Positions 36,001 to 44,651 of a stretch of DNA of 49,628 nt are shown piece after piece. A program made the translations under genes and the position numbers. Source of the DNA: Clostridia bacterium (GTDB taxonomy: Bacteria; Bacillota; Clostridia; UMGS1883); the NCBI GenBank assembly GCA_051866635.1, contig JBJDXJ010000023.1:1-49628 (forward strand), written 5' to 3'. The notes beneath the pieces were generated by a model. It saw only the letters and a program-made list of their open reading frames with translations. It was not told the DNA's origin and searched no databases. How positions within the stretch are numbered: the stretch's first letter is position 1; every line of letters starts with the position of its first letter.

Positions 36001-37501
36001 TGTGTATGACTTTACACCCCAAACACAGGTATTTGTAGGGGACAATATGTATGAACTTGTAGACAAAGTGTTCTATGAAGAGTCATTAGAAGGTTATGGC
36101 GTTTACAAAAAGTATAATCCCATAGGTACAAACCTTGTACCTGACGGCTCCTTTGAAGATGAAGATGGTAACTTCAGCTGGGGCACATGGCAGAGTCCCG
36201 AAACAGGTAATTACTTTAAGGATACATGTAACGACTGGTTCTATAAAGTAAACCATGATACATTAGATGCTGCTCTTTACGCTACTGAAAAAATTACAGC
36301 TGATGATTATGCATTAGGTACTCGCTGGAATGATGGCTCCTTGGGTCTTTGCTCTTTGGCAAACTTTATAAAGGTTGAAAGCGGAAAGACATACTTTGTT
36401 GCATATGATTATATGCATACCACCCAAGGCACAAGTGGTGATTACATAAGCACTTCATTTGTAACGGATAAGACAATGAGTGCAAATGCTTCGGGAAATA
36501 ATATTCCTAAGAATGTTAAAAAAGAGTGGCAGACAAACAAGTTCGCAATAGAGGCAGAAGAAGACGGATATATTTACTTCCACTTCTCCTATCTTGGAAG
36601 CAGTAATAATGCAGGCAACGGACCTTACTGGTATTTTGACAACTTCAAGGTTTTTGAACTTGAACAGCAGCCTTTTGCGGCAAGTATAGATTCTGTGACA
36701 GATCTTACTACAAAAGTAAGAATTGAGAATTTAACAGATAAGGATATTACAAATCTTAAAGTGTATGCTGCAAGCTATAATGACGATGGAGAAATCCTTA
36801 ATGCAATGGTAAAGACTGTTGATATTACTTACGAAGAATTGACTAAAACAGTTTCCTTTGATTTAGGCGGAAATGTAAAGGTGTTCTTCTGGGACGACAA
36901 TATGAAGCCTTTACATTCAACTCTTTCAAAAAAAGCTGAAAATTCAGATGTTAACATTCATGAAGGGCCTGTAATGGTTGTTACAAAGGTTTCTTCAATA
37001 GTATCCGATGGTCAAAAGACAACAAAGCTTACAGGTATCGTGAAAGGTTCAACAGCATATGTAATTGTTGATCCAAAGGAATATGGCAATGTGGATGTTG
37101 AAATCGGCAATGTAATCATTTACTCTACTAACGCAGGTTACGCCACAGACATTCAGGTTCTCTTCACATCTAATAAAGATGGTATTGGTGAAATTACAGG
37201 AGGTCTGGGAACAGTTGTTTCTGACAAAGAAGTTACAGTTCACTATGGTGAAATCACATATGGCGGAAGTCATTATGTCGAGTTAGGTTCAGCTGAAGAA
37301 GCTCAAAGATTTTACTATACAAATGACTGTAATGTAACGGTTGTAGATTATACAAAAGCAGATATAGCTATCTCCTCCGGTACGGTTTCCTCAATAAACG
37401 CTTCCACAGAAAAGTATAAAAGATCGGCATTCGTAAAAACAGATATCAATTCAGAAGACGATATTACAGATGTTGTAGTATTTATCGAACCCAAGAGATA
37501 A
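33062..37501 (+). CDS. Large secreted modular protein with a BNR-4-like beta-propeller, LamG-like and CBM4/9-like domains
   Basis: Signal peptide; GAWCWFADPR, QPDDHNNP and YSRH (BNR_4-like); YRDG...VFDRAI (LamG-like); NLVPDGSFE...YFDNFKV (CBM-like); KVFFWDDNMKPL module; extra C-terminal tail. Confidence 0.7.
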   Translation: MKKVLSILVVCCMVIGIIPVISLAADSTYKAVRTAYFNSTTEWKLYDNSTGNDNILVASNGSDSWQAEGSFTDLDGTVTSQSYLNGTGFATPRNALVAFSIPEGFDPDKTVNVTLSMKIKNVKQVTSGVKLAVYGNSVDGVWSESDDKTTFGAEGNSSGLSDLTCLGLTTPISTGNQTGESASGETVTLSSRALTEYVCQMARDGKSEVTFRVATPLGGIRIYSYNVADAPTLTIEEGETASVEVNHVFYDGDTVIDTETVKLNQVKLESEFVYDDSNIETVEKNGEIYLYNSEKSTLSTVAKEDGSGFVTVAYSKFNMEEHSFKGYEIDDEGAWCWFADPRSISYKNEEGTIDVTIIGYIDVHGNIKATQVNNLTDKVDEVLIRTNLQPDDHNNPTFLILPDERIVVFYSRHTDEACFWYRVTKEKGDLTTLGEEKCLTTSANTTYPSPFLLSDDPDNIYLCWRGIGWHPTIAKISIPDENGDMHFTYGPYQMVQSTGARPYAKYASNGKDKIYMSYTTGHPDNEDPNWLYFNQIDINTMTMQDINGNKMSTIANGPLSVNKSNTSQSNIVDRTSGVRNWLWQVAVAEDGYPVIANVRINGGKTSHDYYYVKWNGTEWVKTFVTNAGGKFHPSNTEYCYSGGMSIDADNPNVMYCSKPVAGVFGNIFEIFKYTMSLDGTKVESVEQITKNSQKNNVRPWVIPNSEGDDLRVLWMNGDYYYWMVKTSYPEGYPTAAMSNVPLPVAKTDIDNYVDKKDYEDIGGAFVSTKSTGNIVSEYAIADEFTVSADIYLGGDYQGEILDMGDIKLSVKNAETRYADDATAQRPRVIVTVDGKDYLTYNVYGISDDWKYNSTGTTGDYYFTKYDRFVNLTVSYDGEYLTIYRDGLIDFKEKINIYGIEKVVVGGFEGYAENVTVFDRAINHDELKLLSDNDYEVKDPGFDGDINVVIHYAEYSGEGILPADCNEFMPSETVILAPGTNVYDFTPQTQVFVGDNMYELVDKVFYEESLEGYGVYKKYNPIGTNLVPDGSFEDEDGNFSWGTWQSPETGNYFKDTCNDWFYKVNHDTLDAALYATEKITADDYALGTRWNDGSLGLCSLANFIKVESGKTYFVAYDYMHTTQGTSGDYISTSFVTDKTMSANASGNNIPKNVKKEWQTNKFAIEAEEDGYIYFHFSYLGSSNNAGNGPYWYFDNFKVFELEQQPFAASIDSVTDLTTKVRIENLTDKDITNLKVYAASYNDDGEILNAMVKTVDITYEELTKTVSFDLGGNVKVFFWDDNMKPLHSTLSKKAENSDVNIHEGPVMVVTKVSSIVSDGQKTTKLTGIVKGSTAYVIVDPKEYGNVDVEIGNVIIYSTNAGYATDIQVLFTSNKDGIGEITGGLGTVVSDKEVTVHYGEITYGGSHYVELGSAEEAQRFYYTNDCNVTVVDYTKADIAISSGTVSSINASTEKYKRSAFVKTDINSEDDITDVVVFIEPKR

Positions 37502-37565
37502 AATCAATAGCTGAATAAGTTTTGGTTAGAACAAAGTGTCTGAGGCACTCTTTGGTAATAGCCAA

Positions 37566-37617
37566 AAAAATGGCAGTTACAAAACTGATTTTAAATCGTT
37601 TTGCAACTGCCATTTTT
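37566..37617. terminator. Long bidirectional terminator
   Basis: aaaaatggcagttacaaaac...gttttgcaactgccattttt between convergent genes. Confidence 0.75.
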
Positions 37618-37632
37618 ATGTTTTGATTAAAC

Positions 37633-40600
37633 TTAAATATCAAATATTGTTACCTGACTTGATTCCTTTAAATCTCCGAATGCACCAAGACGCTTTAATG
37701 TGTCTATATGGGTTTGGGAAACACTTGTCCTTGCACGGAAATCTTCAATTGATTGGAAAGGTGCTTCTTCACGTGCTTTCAGCACGCTTTCAGCCGCCGC
37801 TGTACCCATGCCTGAAATGGAGTTTAAAGCAGGGAGGATTTTTCCGTCCTTATTCAAAAACTTAGTGGGGTGTGATTCATAAATGCTTATGGGGGCAAAT
37901 TCAATTCCGCGAGCGTACATTTCGTTTACTACCTCTAAAATTGTCATTGTAACCTTGTCTTTGGCAGATGGCTTTTCGTTCATTGAAAGCTCCTTAATAG
38001 TTGCTTTTACCTTGTTTTGTCCTTGTGCCATCATTTCATAGTCAAATGTATCTGCACGTACAGTGTAGTAGGACTGATAAAATGCCACTGGGTAGTAAAG
38101 TTTGAAAAATGCAACACGGAAACTCATTGTAACGTATGCCGCCGCATGTGCCTTGGGGAACATGTACTGAATTTTGTTACAGGAGTCAATATACCATTCG
38201 GGAACACCTGCCGCACGCATTTCCACCTCATCTTCGGGCTGAAGTTTTTTACCCTTACGAACCTTTTCCATTATTTTAAATGCATGACCCGGATCAATGT
38301 TCATATGTATAAGGTAAATCATAATATCGTCACGGCAACAGATACATTTGCTAAGGGTACAAATGCCTGCACGGACTAAGTCCTGTGCATTGTTTGTCCA
38401 AACATTAGTACCGTGTGACAAGCCCGAAATACGAACCAGATCTGAGAAGGTTTTTGGCTTTGTGTCCATAAGCATCTGACGGACAAAACGTGTACCGAAT
38501 TCAGGTATGGCAAAGGTGCCTGTTTCACTGCCTATGTCTTCACTTGTAACACCCAATGCTTCGGGGGATAAGAAAAGGCTCATAATCTTCTGGTCATCAA
38601 GGGGAATTTCACGGGCATTTACACCTGTCAAATCCTCAAGCATTCTTATCATGGTTGGGTCGTCATGACCTAATATATCAAGCTTTAAAAGGTTTTCGTC
38701 AATACTGTGGTAATCGAAGTGAGTTGTAATAATATCTGTTTCTGTATCATCGGCAGGGTGCTGAACGGGAGTGAACTCGTGAATATCATGCCCCTTAGGC
38801 AAAACTATAACGCCGCCGGGATGCTGACCTGTTGTTCGCTTCACATCCATACAACCTATTTTAAGCCTTTCAATTTCAGCATTGTTAAAATGAAGGTTTC
38901 TTTCCTCGCAGTATTTCATAACATAGCCGTAAGCTGTTTTATCCGCAACGGTTGAAACAGTGCCTGCACGGAAAACGTGTCCCTCACCGAAAATTTCTTC
39001 TGTATATTTATGTGCCACAGGCTGATATTCACCTGAAAAGTTAAGGTCAATATCAGGCTGTTTGCCGCCGCCGTAGCCAAGGAATGTTTCGAAGGGGATG
39101 TCATGGCCGTCCTTTGTAAGCATTGTTCCGCATTTTGGACACGCTTTATCAGGCATATCAAAGCCCGAGTCATATTCACCGTGGGTAAAAAACTCACTGT
39201 ATTTACACTTTGTACAGCGATAATGGGCACAAAGGGAATTAACCTCCGTGATATTTGAAAGATATGCAAGAAAGCTGGAACCTACAGAACCACGGGAACC
39301 TACGATATAGCCGTCTGCAACGGAGTGTTCAACAAGAAGTCTTGCAATATTGTAAAGGTCCGCATAGCCATGGTCAACAACACTTTCAATTTCCGCATTC
39401 AGTCTGTCCTCCACAATTTTGGGAAGGGGAGTGCCGTACAGCTTTTCGGCATTGGCACGGGAAATGTTTCGTATATCGTCCTCACTGCCTTCAATTTTGG
39501 GCGAAAACTGACCATGGGGAACAGGTCTTATATCTTCGATCATATCAGCAATGAGATTTGTATTTGTGACAACAACCTCATACGCCTTTTCTTCACCTAA
39601 ATACTGAAATTCATTAAGCATTTCTTCTGTGTTTCTAAAGTAAAGAGGAGGCTGGAAGTCCGCATCTGCATAGCCTTGACCTGCCTGTAATATGCGGCGG
39701 TAAATTTCATCTTTTGCATCAAGGAAATGAACGTCACATGTTGCCACAACTTTTTTATTAATCTTTTCGCCTAATGCGACAATTTTCTTGTTAAAGTCAA
39801 TTAAATCCTCCTTTGATTGCACGCTGCCGTTTCGAAGCATGTATTCGTTGTTGCCAATAGGCTGAATTTCAAGATAATCATAAAATCCAGCAATTTTTTC
39901 AATTTCTTCTTCACTTTTTTTGTCCTTTATTGCACGGAACAGTTCACCTGCTTCACAGGCAGAACCGATAATAATGCCCTCACGGTGCTTTTCAATCTCA
40001 CAGCGTGGCATAAGCGGTCTTTTATAAAAATATTCAAGGTTTGATATACTTATAAGCTGGTAAAGGTTCTTTAACCCCACAAGATTTTTCGCAAGAAGTA
40101 TTATATGATACCTCTTTGTTTCCTTTGATTTATAGTTTTCAGGCGAATCTATAAGGTAACCTTCAACACCGTATATAACCTTAATGTCACTTTTAGCCCC
40201 TTCTTTTGTATGCATAGCTTCAGGAAACGCCTGTACACAACCGTGGTCAGTAAGTGCAACTGCCGTATGCCCCCACTCGATAGCACGGCTCACAAGTGCA
40301 TCTGCAGTTACAACAGCATCCATTGCACTTGATTTTGAATGGGCATGAAGTTCAACACGCTTTACAGGTGCATTGTCGGGACGACAAGGAACAGCACGCT
40401 TTTCCATATCACGGACAGAAACATACACCTCCTGGGTGAAACGGTCCTTTACAACAATGCCACGGACTAATAAGGCTTTTGATTTTTTTATAAAGCCCTT
40501 CATGTTATCTGCATCTGCCATAGGTACTGAAAATCGATAAGTAGCAGAGCCTGTTTCGTCGTTCATATAAAAAGTGATTATGGAACGTGCGGCCTTTGGA

Positions 40601-41589
40601 ATGTCCTTTACGTCAATAAAATGAACCCTTCCGTGAGTGATGCAATATCCGCTGTCCTCATTAATCTCATTCATTTTTGTATCGGGATTACTTGTTAATT
40701 CTTCGCTTTCCGCCCGAAGAATGTTTCTTGCCATAATTGTAAGCTCCGCAGAATATGAATCAAATTCGCACTTTCCGTTTGCAATAAGGGTTTTTGTATT
40801 TTTCAGTGCCTCAATTATCGCATCAGAGTTTTCGGCGGGGGTGAAAAACTTAACAGCAACAGAGCCTGTGTTGTCGGTGAGATAAAATGAAATTATATAT
40901 TTGTTATTCTTTTCAAGATAGTGGGATGAAACTGCAAACACATTACCCTTTACAGTTACAATGCCTGAACCTTGGTCAACATGGTTTAAGGGCGTTATTT
41001 CCTTAATCGTAAACATTTTACCGATTATTGGCTCATCTTCCGAAAGTGAGGAGGTAGTTTGCACCTTTTCCTCCTTTTCGTAAATGGGCGTAAGGCTCAT
41101 GTCCACATCCATAGGTTCATCGGAAAATTCAACCTTAATTGTAGTGTTTAACGCCCTTGAAACCTCACTGCCTATTCTTGTATCAATATGGTCCTCCAAA
41201 AGAAAGTCAACATTCTGGTGCCTAAGAATAATTTTTACAACACCGCCTGAAAATTCATATTCACAGGAATCAAAAATAGCACCGAAAAAAGGATTTTCGT
41301 TACTTATGCAGTAAACTGAATTTTTCGTAACGGTTATAATATCTCTTTCTGACGGGTTTTCAACATCATATGTTGCCACAATCTCTGCATGGTTTGCATT
41401 GTAACATTTCTTGACTTCTTCACAGTATGCTTCAAGCGTATTTATTGGCAGTACAGTTTTGTATGTAACATGTATTGAAAAACTACGTGTAAGCTTGTCA
41501 GCAACTAATTGGGTCACAATGCCGTTGGCGGCGTCATTATCAAAATCAACTCTTTTAAATATCTCACTAATGGGTGTACTTATTGCCAA
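37633..41589 (-). CDS. polC: DNA polymerase III PolC-type (no exonuclease insertion, two OB-folds)
   Basis: PHP motifs ELHAHS..SAMD, TDHG, GSACEAGE, TCDVH; GSRGSVGSS; Zn finger CTKC..CPKC; catalytic PDIDLNF and KLDILGHD; C-terminal clamp-binding-like QVTIF. Confidence 0.95.
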   Translation of the reverse strand: MAISTPISEIFKRVDFDNDAANGIVTQLVADKLTRSFSIHVTYKTVLPINTLEAYCEEVKKCYNANHAEIVATYDVENPSERDIITVTKNSVYCISNENPFFGAIFDSCEYEFSGGVVKIILRHQNVDFLLEDHIDTRIGSEVSRALNTTIKVEFSDEPMDVDMSLTPIYEKEEKVQTTSSLSEDEPIIGKMFTIKEITPLNHVDQGSGIVTVKGNVFAVSSHYLEKNNKYIISFYLTDNTGSVAVKFFTPAENSDAIIEALKNTKTLIANGKCEFDSYSAELTIMARNILRAESEELTSNPDTKMNEINEDSGYCITHGRVHFIDVKDIPKAARSIITFYMNDETGSATYRFSVPMADADNMKGFIKKSKALLVRGIVVKDRFTQEVYVSVRDMEKRAVPCRPDNAPVKRVELHAHSKSSAMDAVVTADALVSRAIEWGHTAVALTDHGCVQAFPEAMHTKEGAKSDIKVIYGVEGYLIDSPENYKSKETKRYHIILLAKNLVGLKNLYQLISISNLEYFYKRPLMPRCEIEKHREGIIIGSACEAGELFRAIKDKKSEEEIEKIAGFYDYLEIQPIGNNEYMLRNGSVQSKEDLIDFNKKIVALGEKINKKVVATCDVHFLDAKDEIYRRILQAGQGYADADFQPPLYFRNTEEMLNEFQYLGEEKAYEVVVTNTNLIADMIEDIRPVPHGQFSPKIEGSEDDIRNISRANAEKLYGTPLPKIVEDRLNAEIESVVDHGYADLYNIARLLVEHSVADGYIVGSRGSVGSSFLAYLSNITEVNSLCAHYRCTKCKYSEFFTHGEYDSGFDMPDKACPKCGTMLTKDGHDIPFETFLGYGGGKQPDIDLNFSGEYQPVAHKYTEEIFGEGHVFRAGTVSTVADKTAYGYVMKYCEERNLHFNNAEIERLKIGCMDVKRTTGQHPGGVIVLPKGHDIHEFTPVQHPADDTETDIITTHFDYHSIDENLLKLDILGHDDPTMIRMLEDLTGVNAREIPLDDQKIMSLFLSPEALGVTSEDIGSETGTFAIPEFGTRFVRQMLMDTKPKTFSDLVRISGLSHGTNVWTNNAQDLVRAGICTLSKCICCRDDIMIYLIHMNIDPGHAFKIMEKVRKGKKLQPEDEVEMRAAGVPEWYIDSCNKIQYMFPKAHAAAYVTMSFRVAFFKLYYPVAFYQSYYTVRADTFDYEMMAQGQNKVKATIKELSMNEKPSAKDKVTMTILEVVNEMYARGIEFAPISIYESHPTKFLNKDGKILPALNSISGMGTAAAESVLKAREEAPFQSIEDFRARTSVSQTHIDTLKRLGAFGDLKESSQVTIFDI

Positions 41590-41601
41590 TTTAATTATCT
41601 C

Positions 41602-42645
41602 CTATAAACTTTCAATTTCCTTAAACAATTCATCAGCGGCATTTTCGATAGGCACTTTGCGAAGAATTTCACCTTTTTTAAAAAGCAACGCACAGCCATC
41701 ACCACATGCCATGCCTATATCTGCCTCACGTGCTTCACCGGGCCCGTTTACGGCACATCCCATAACGGCAACGTGGATTTCTTTATCCACATTTTCAAGC
41801 CGTCTGCTTACTTCTTCTGCAACGGGTATCATGTTAACCTTGCATCTGCCGCACGTTGGGCATGAAGTCATGGTAACACCTTTTCTGAGACCCAACCCCT
41901 TAAGTATTTCAAGCCCTGCTTTAACCTCTCTCACAGGGTCAGCTGTAAGAGATACTCTCAGTGTGTCGCCAATGCCGTTTAAAAGCAGTGACCCTATGCC
42001 CATGGCATTTTTGATAACACCGCTGTATTCAGTCCCTGCTTCGGTAACACCAAGATGCAAGGGATAGTCAACCATTTTACTGAACTTTGTATATGCCTCA
42101 TATGTCATAGGAACATTGCTTGCCTTAATAGATACAGCAATATCGTGGAAATTGCAGTCCTCTAAAATACGAATGTGGTTCATTGCACTTTCGCAAAGTG
42201 CATCAGAGGTGGGGTGGCTATATTTATTAAGAAGCTCTTTTTCAAGTGAGCCGCCGTTTACGCCTATACGGATGGGAATTCCTTTTTCACCGCATTTGTC
42301 GGCAACTGCCTTAACTTTATCCATAGACCCGATATTTCCCGGGTTAATACGAATTTTGTCCATGCCGGAATCTACACACATAAGTGCCAATTTGTAATCA
42401 AAATGAATGTCCGCAACAAGCGGCACCTGGGGCAGCTGTGCTTTAATCTCTCTTGTTGCCTTTGCCGCCCTTTCATCGGGAATGGCAAGGCGTACAATGT
42501 CGCACCCTGCGGCAACTAAATTCTTTATTTGCTCAACGGTAGCCTCCACGTTTCTTGTATCGGTGTTGCACATTGACTGCACACTTATGGGTGCGCCGCC
42601 GCCTATTAATATATTTCCCACTTTTATTTGTCTTGATTTACGCAT
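41602..42645 (-). CDS. ispG: HMBPP synthase (4-hydroxy-3-methylbut-2-enyl diphosphate synthase)
   Basis: VQSM, ADIHF, RINPGNIG, RIGVNGGSL, SCPTCGR, MGCAVNGPGEA; start moved to ATG 42645 (SD GGAGG). Confidence 0.96.
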   Translation of the reverse strand: MRKSRQIKVGNILIGGGAPISVQSMCNTDTRNVEATVEQIKNLVAAGCDIVRLAIPDERAAKATREIKAQLPQVPLVADIHFDYKLALMCVDSGMDKIRINPGNIGSMDKVKAVADKCGEKGIPIRIGVNGGSLEKELLNKYSHPTSDALCESAMNHIRILEDCNFHDIAVSIKASNVPMTYEAYTKFSKMVDYPLHLGVTEAGTEYSGVIKNAMGIGSLLLNGIGDTLRVSLTADPVREVKAGLEILKGLGLRKGVTMTSCPTCGRCKVNMIPVAEEVSRRLENVDKEIHVAVMGCAVNGPGEAREADIGMACGDGCALLFKKGEILRKVPIENAADELFKEIESL

Positions 42646-42670
42646 AAAGACACCTCCAAAATATATAAGT

Positions 42671-42699
42671 ATTTTATCATATTTTGAATGATACGTCAA
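42671..42699 (-). promoter_or_regulatory. Sigma-A promoter for ispG-polC
   Basis: Minus strand TTGACG-17 nt-TAAAAT with TGn extension. Confidence 0.6.
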
Positions 42700-42715
42700 T
42701 GAAGTTTATTTTCTG

Positions 42716-42732
42716 AAACCAAAGCACCGCCC
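42716..42732 (+). repeat. 17-bp direct repeat, left copy
   Basis: aaaccaaagcaccgccc versus aaacaaaagcaccgccc at 46548-46564 (1 mismatch). Confidence 0.75.
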
Positions 42733-42883
42733 AGTTTCACAAAAACAGCCTTTATGTATTTTTACTTAAAATTTACTATGGTAAGGTATTAGAGTTTACA
42801 TATTTTTGTTACAATGATATTGTACTGATAGGTACAATATCAAAACAGAATGACAAAAGATGTCATGAAGGAGGCAATTAAAG

Positions 42884-44545
42884 TTGAAGAAAATACTCTC
42901 ATTAGTTTTGGCGGCTTCTATGCTTGCCGGTACGATTTTTAATGTTTCGGTCTGTGCAGATACCGAAGGCATTGAAGCGGTTCTTGTGCAGGAAACGCTT
43001 ACTCAAAGCAACACTCAGGTAAAAAACATTATTATTATGATTCCCGACGGACAGTCTGTTACGGACACCACGCTTGCACGCTGGTACAAAGGCGGCGAGC
43101 CGCTGGCAGTTGATGAAATGGCTTGCGGTCTTGTCAGAACTTATTCCTCCGATGCTCCCATAGCCGATTCGGCACCGTCGGGAACGGCATACGCAACAGG
43201 CTTTAAGTCTCACACCGGTTTCGTGGGAGTTCTTCCTGATGTCAACACTATGCCTGGAATGGAACTGCTTGCTACATCCGATAAGAGAAAACCCATTGCA
43301 ACCATTCTTGAAGCAGCCCAACTGCTTGGCAAAAGCACCGGAATTATTGCCACATCGGAAATTATGCACGCAACGCCGGCGGATTTCACCTCGCACGACC
43401 CCAGCAGAAAGAATTACGACAGTTTAAGTGAGCAGGAAGTTTATCAGGATATTGACGTTGTTCTCGGCTCAGGCGAATATTATTTAACACCCGAAGGCAG
43501 AAAAGACGGTGAAAATCTTGTTGAGGCATTAAAAAATATGGGCTATGATTACATAACGACACCGGAAGAAATGAGAACTACAACAAGCTCAAAAATCTGG
43601 GGAATGTTCGCTCCAAAGGATCTTTCCTATGAAATGGACAGAGATGCGTCAAAACAACCGTCTCTTGCTGAAATGACAGAAAAAGCTATTGATGTTTTGA
43701 GCAAAAACGAACAAGGCTTTTTCCTTATGGTAGAAGGTTCAAAAGTTGACTGGGCTTCCCACGCAAACGATCCTATAGGTGTTATATCCGACACCCTCGC
43801 CTACGACGATGCAGTAAAGGTTGCCCTTGATTTTGCAAAAAAAGACGGCAATACAGTTGTAATTTCGGTAACAGATCACGGCAACGGCGGTATGACTATC
43901 GGAAGTAAGGCAACTGATAACGACTATGACAAGCGAACACTTAATGAATTTATAGAACCTCTCAAAAAAGCAACAAAGACAGGAGAAGGTATTGAAAAGC
44001 TGTTCAATGATGATATGAGCAATATTGCCGAAGTTATGGCAGAGTATTACGGCATTGACGACCTTACAGAAGAAGAAATTGAGGAAATTAAAAATACGGA
44101 AGCCGGCTCTATGAATTACACAGTAGGTCCAATGATTTCAAAGAGAGCGAATATCGGCTGGACAACAAACGGACACACAGGAGAGGACATTCCGCTTTAT
44201 ATATACGCTCCCAAGGGTTGCGAAAAGCTTAGCGGAGTTGTGGAAAACACGGATATAGCAAACTATATGGCTCGATTATTCGGCATAGAGCTTTCGGAAG
44301 CTACAAGCAAGCTGTTTGTGCCGGTAAGAGATGCAGCCGAAGCAAAGGGTGCCAAGGTTGAATGGAATGCTGATGATGCAGAAAATCCCGTTATCATTAT
44401 AACAAAGGACGGCAATGAAATAAAAATACCGATAAATAAAAACATTGCCTATGTAAACGGCACAGAGGTTAAGCTCGACGGCGTTACGGTGTTTAACGGA
44501 TTAAATACATATGTCCCCCAAAGTGCTATCGACCTTATTAAATAG
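42884..44545 (+). CDS. phoA: Secreted alkaline phosphatase with C-terminal copper-amine-oxidase N-terminal-like domain
   Basis: TTG start with SD AAGGAGG; KNIIIMIPDG, active-site ADSA, HATPA, MVEGSKVDWASHAND, TDHG, GHTGED. Confidence 0.9.
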   Translation: MKKILSLVLAASMLAGTIFNVSVCADTEGIEAVLVQETLTQSNTQVKNIIIMIPDGQSVTDTTLARWYKGGEPLAVDEMACGLVRTYSSDAPIADSAPSGTAYATGFKSHTGFVGVLPDVNTMPGMELLATSDKRKPIATILEAAQLLGKSTGIIATSEIMHATPADFTSHDPSRKNYDSLSEQEVYQDIDVVLGSGEYYLTPEGRKDGENLVEALKNMGYDYITTPEEMRTTTSSKIWGMFAPKDLSYEMDRDASKQPSLAEMTEKAIDVLSKNEQGFFLMVEGSKVDWASHANDPIGVISDTLAYDDAVKVALDFAKKDGNTVVISVTDHGNGGMTIGSKATDNDYDKRTLNEFIEPLKKATKTGEGIEKLFNDDMSNIAEVMAEYYGIDDLTEEEIEEIKNTEAGSMNYTVGPMISKRANIGWTTNGHTGEDIPLYIYAPKGCEKLSGVVENTDIANYMARLFGIELSEATSKLFVPVRDAAEAKGAKVEWNADDAENPVIIITKDGNEIKIPINKNIAYVNGTEVKLDGVTVFNGLNTYVPQSAIDLIK

Positions 44546-44582
44546 CTAACAACGAACATAGAAATGACAGAGAAATAATTTA

Positions 44583-44613
44583 GCAGGCTTAAGTCGAGTA
44601 CGCTTAAGCCTGC
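44583..44613. terminator. Terminator between convergent phoA and marR
   Basis: gcaggcttaag-tcgagtacg-cttaagcctgc. Confidence 0.75.
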
Positions 44614-44651
44614 ATTTTAATGTAAAATGTATGTAAAATTAGTTGACTATA

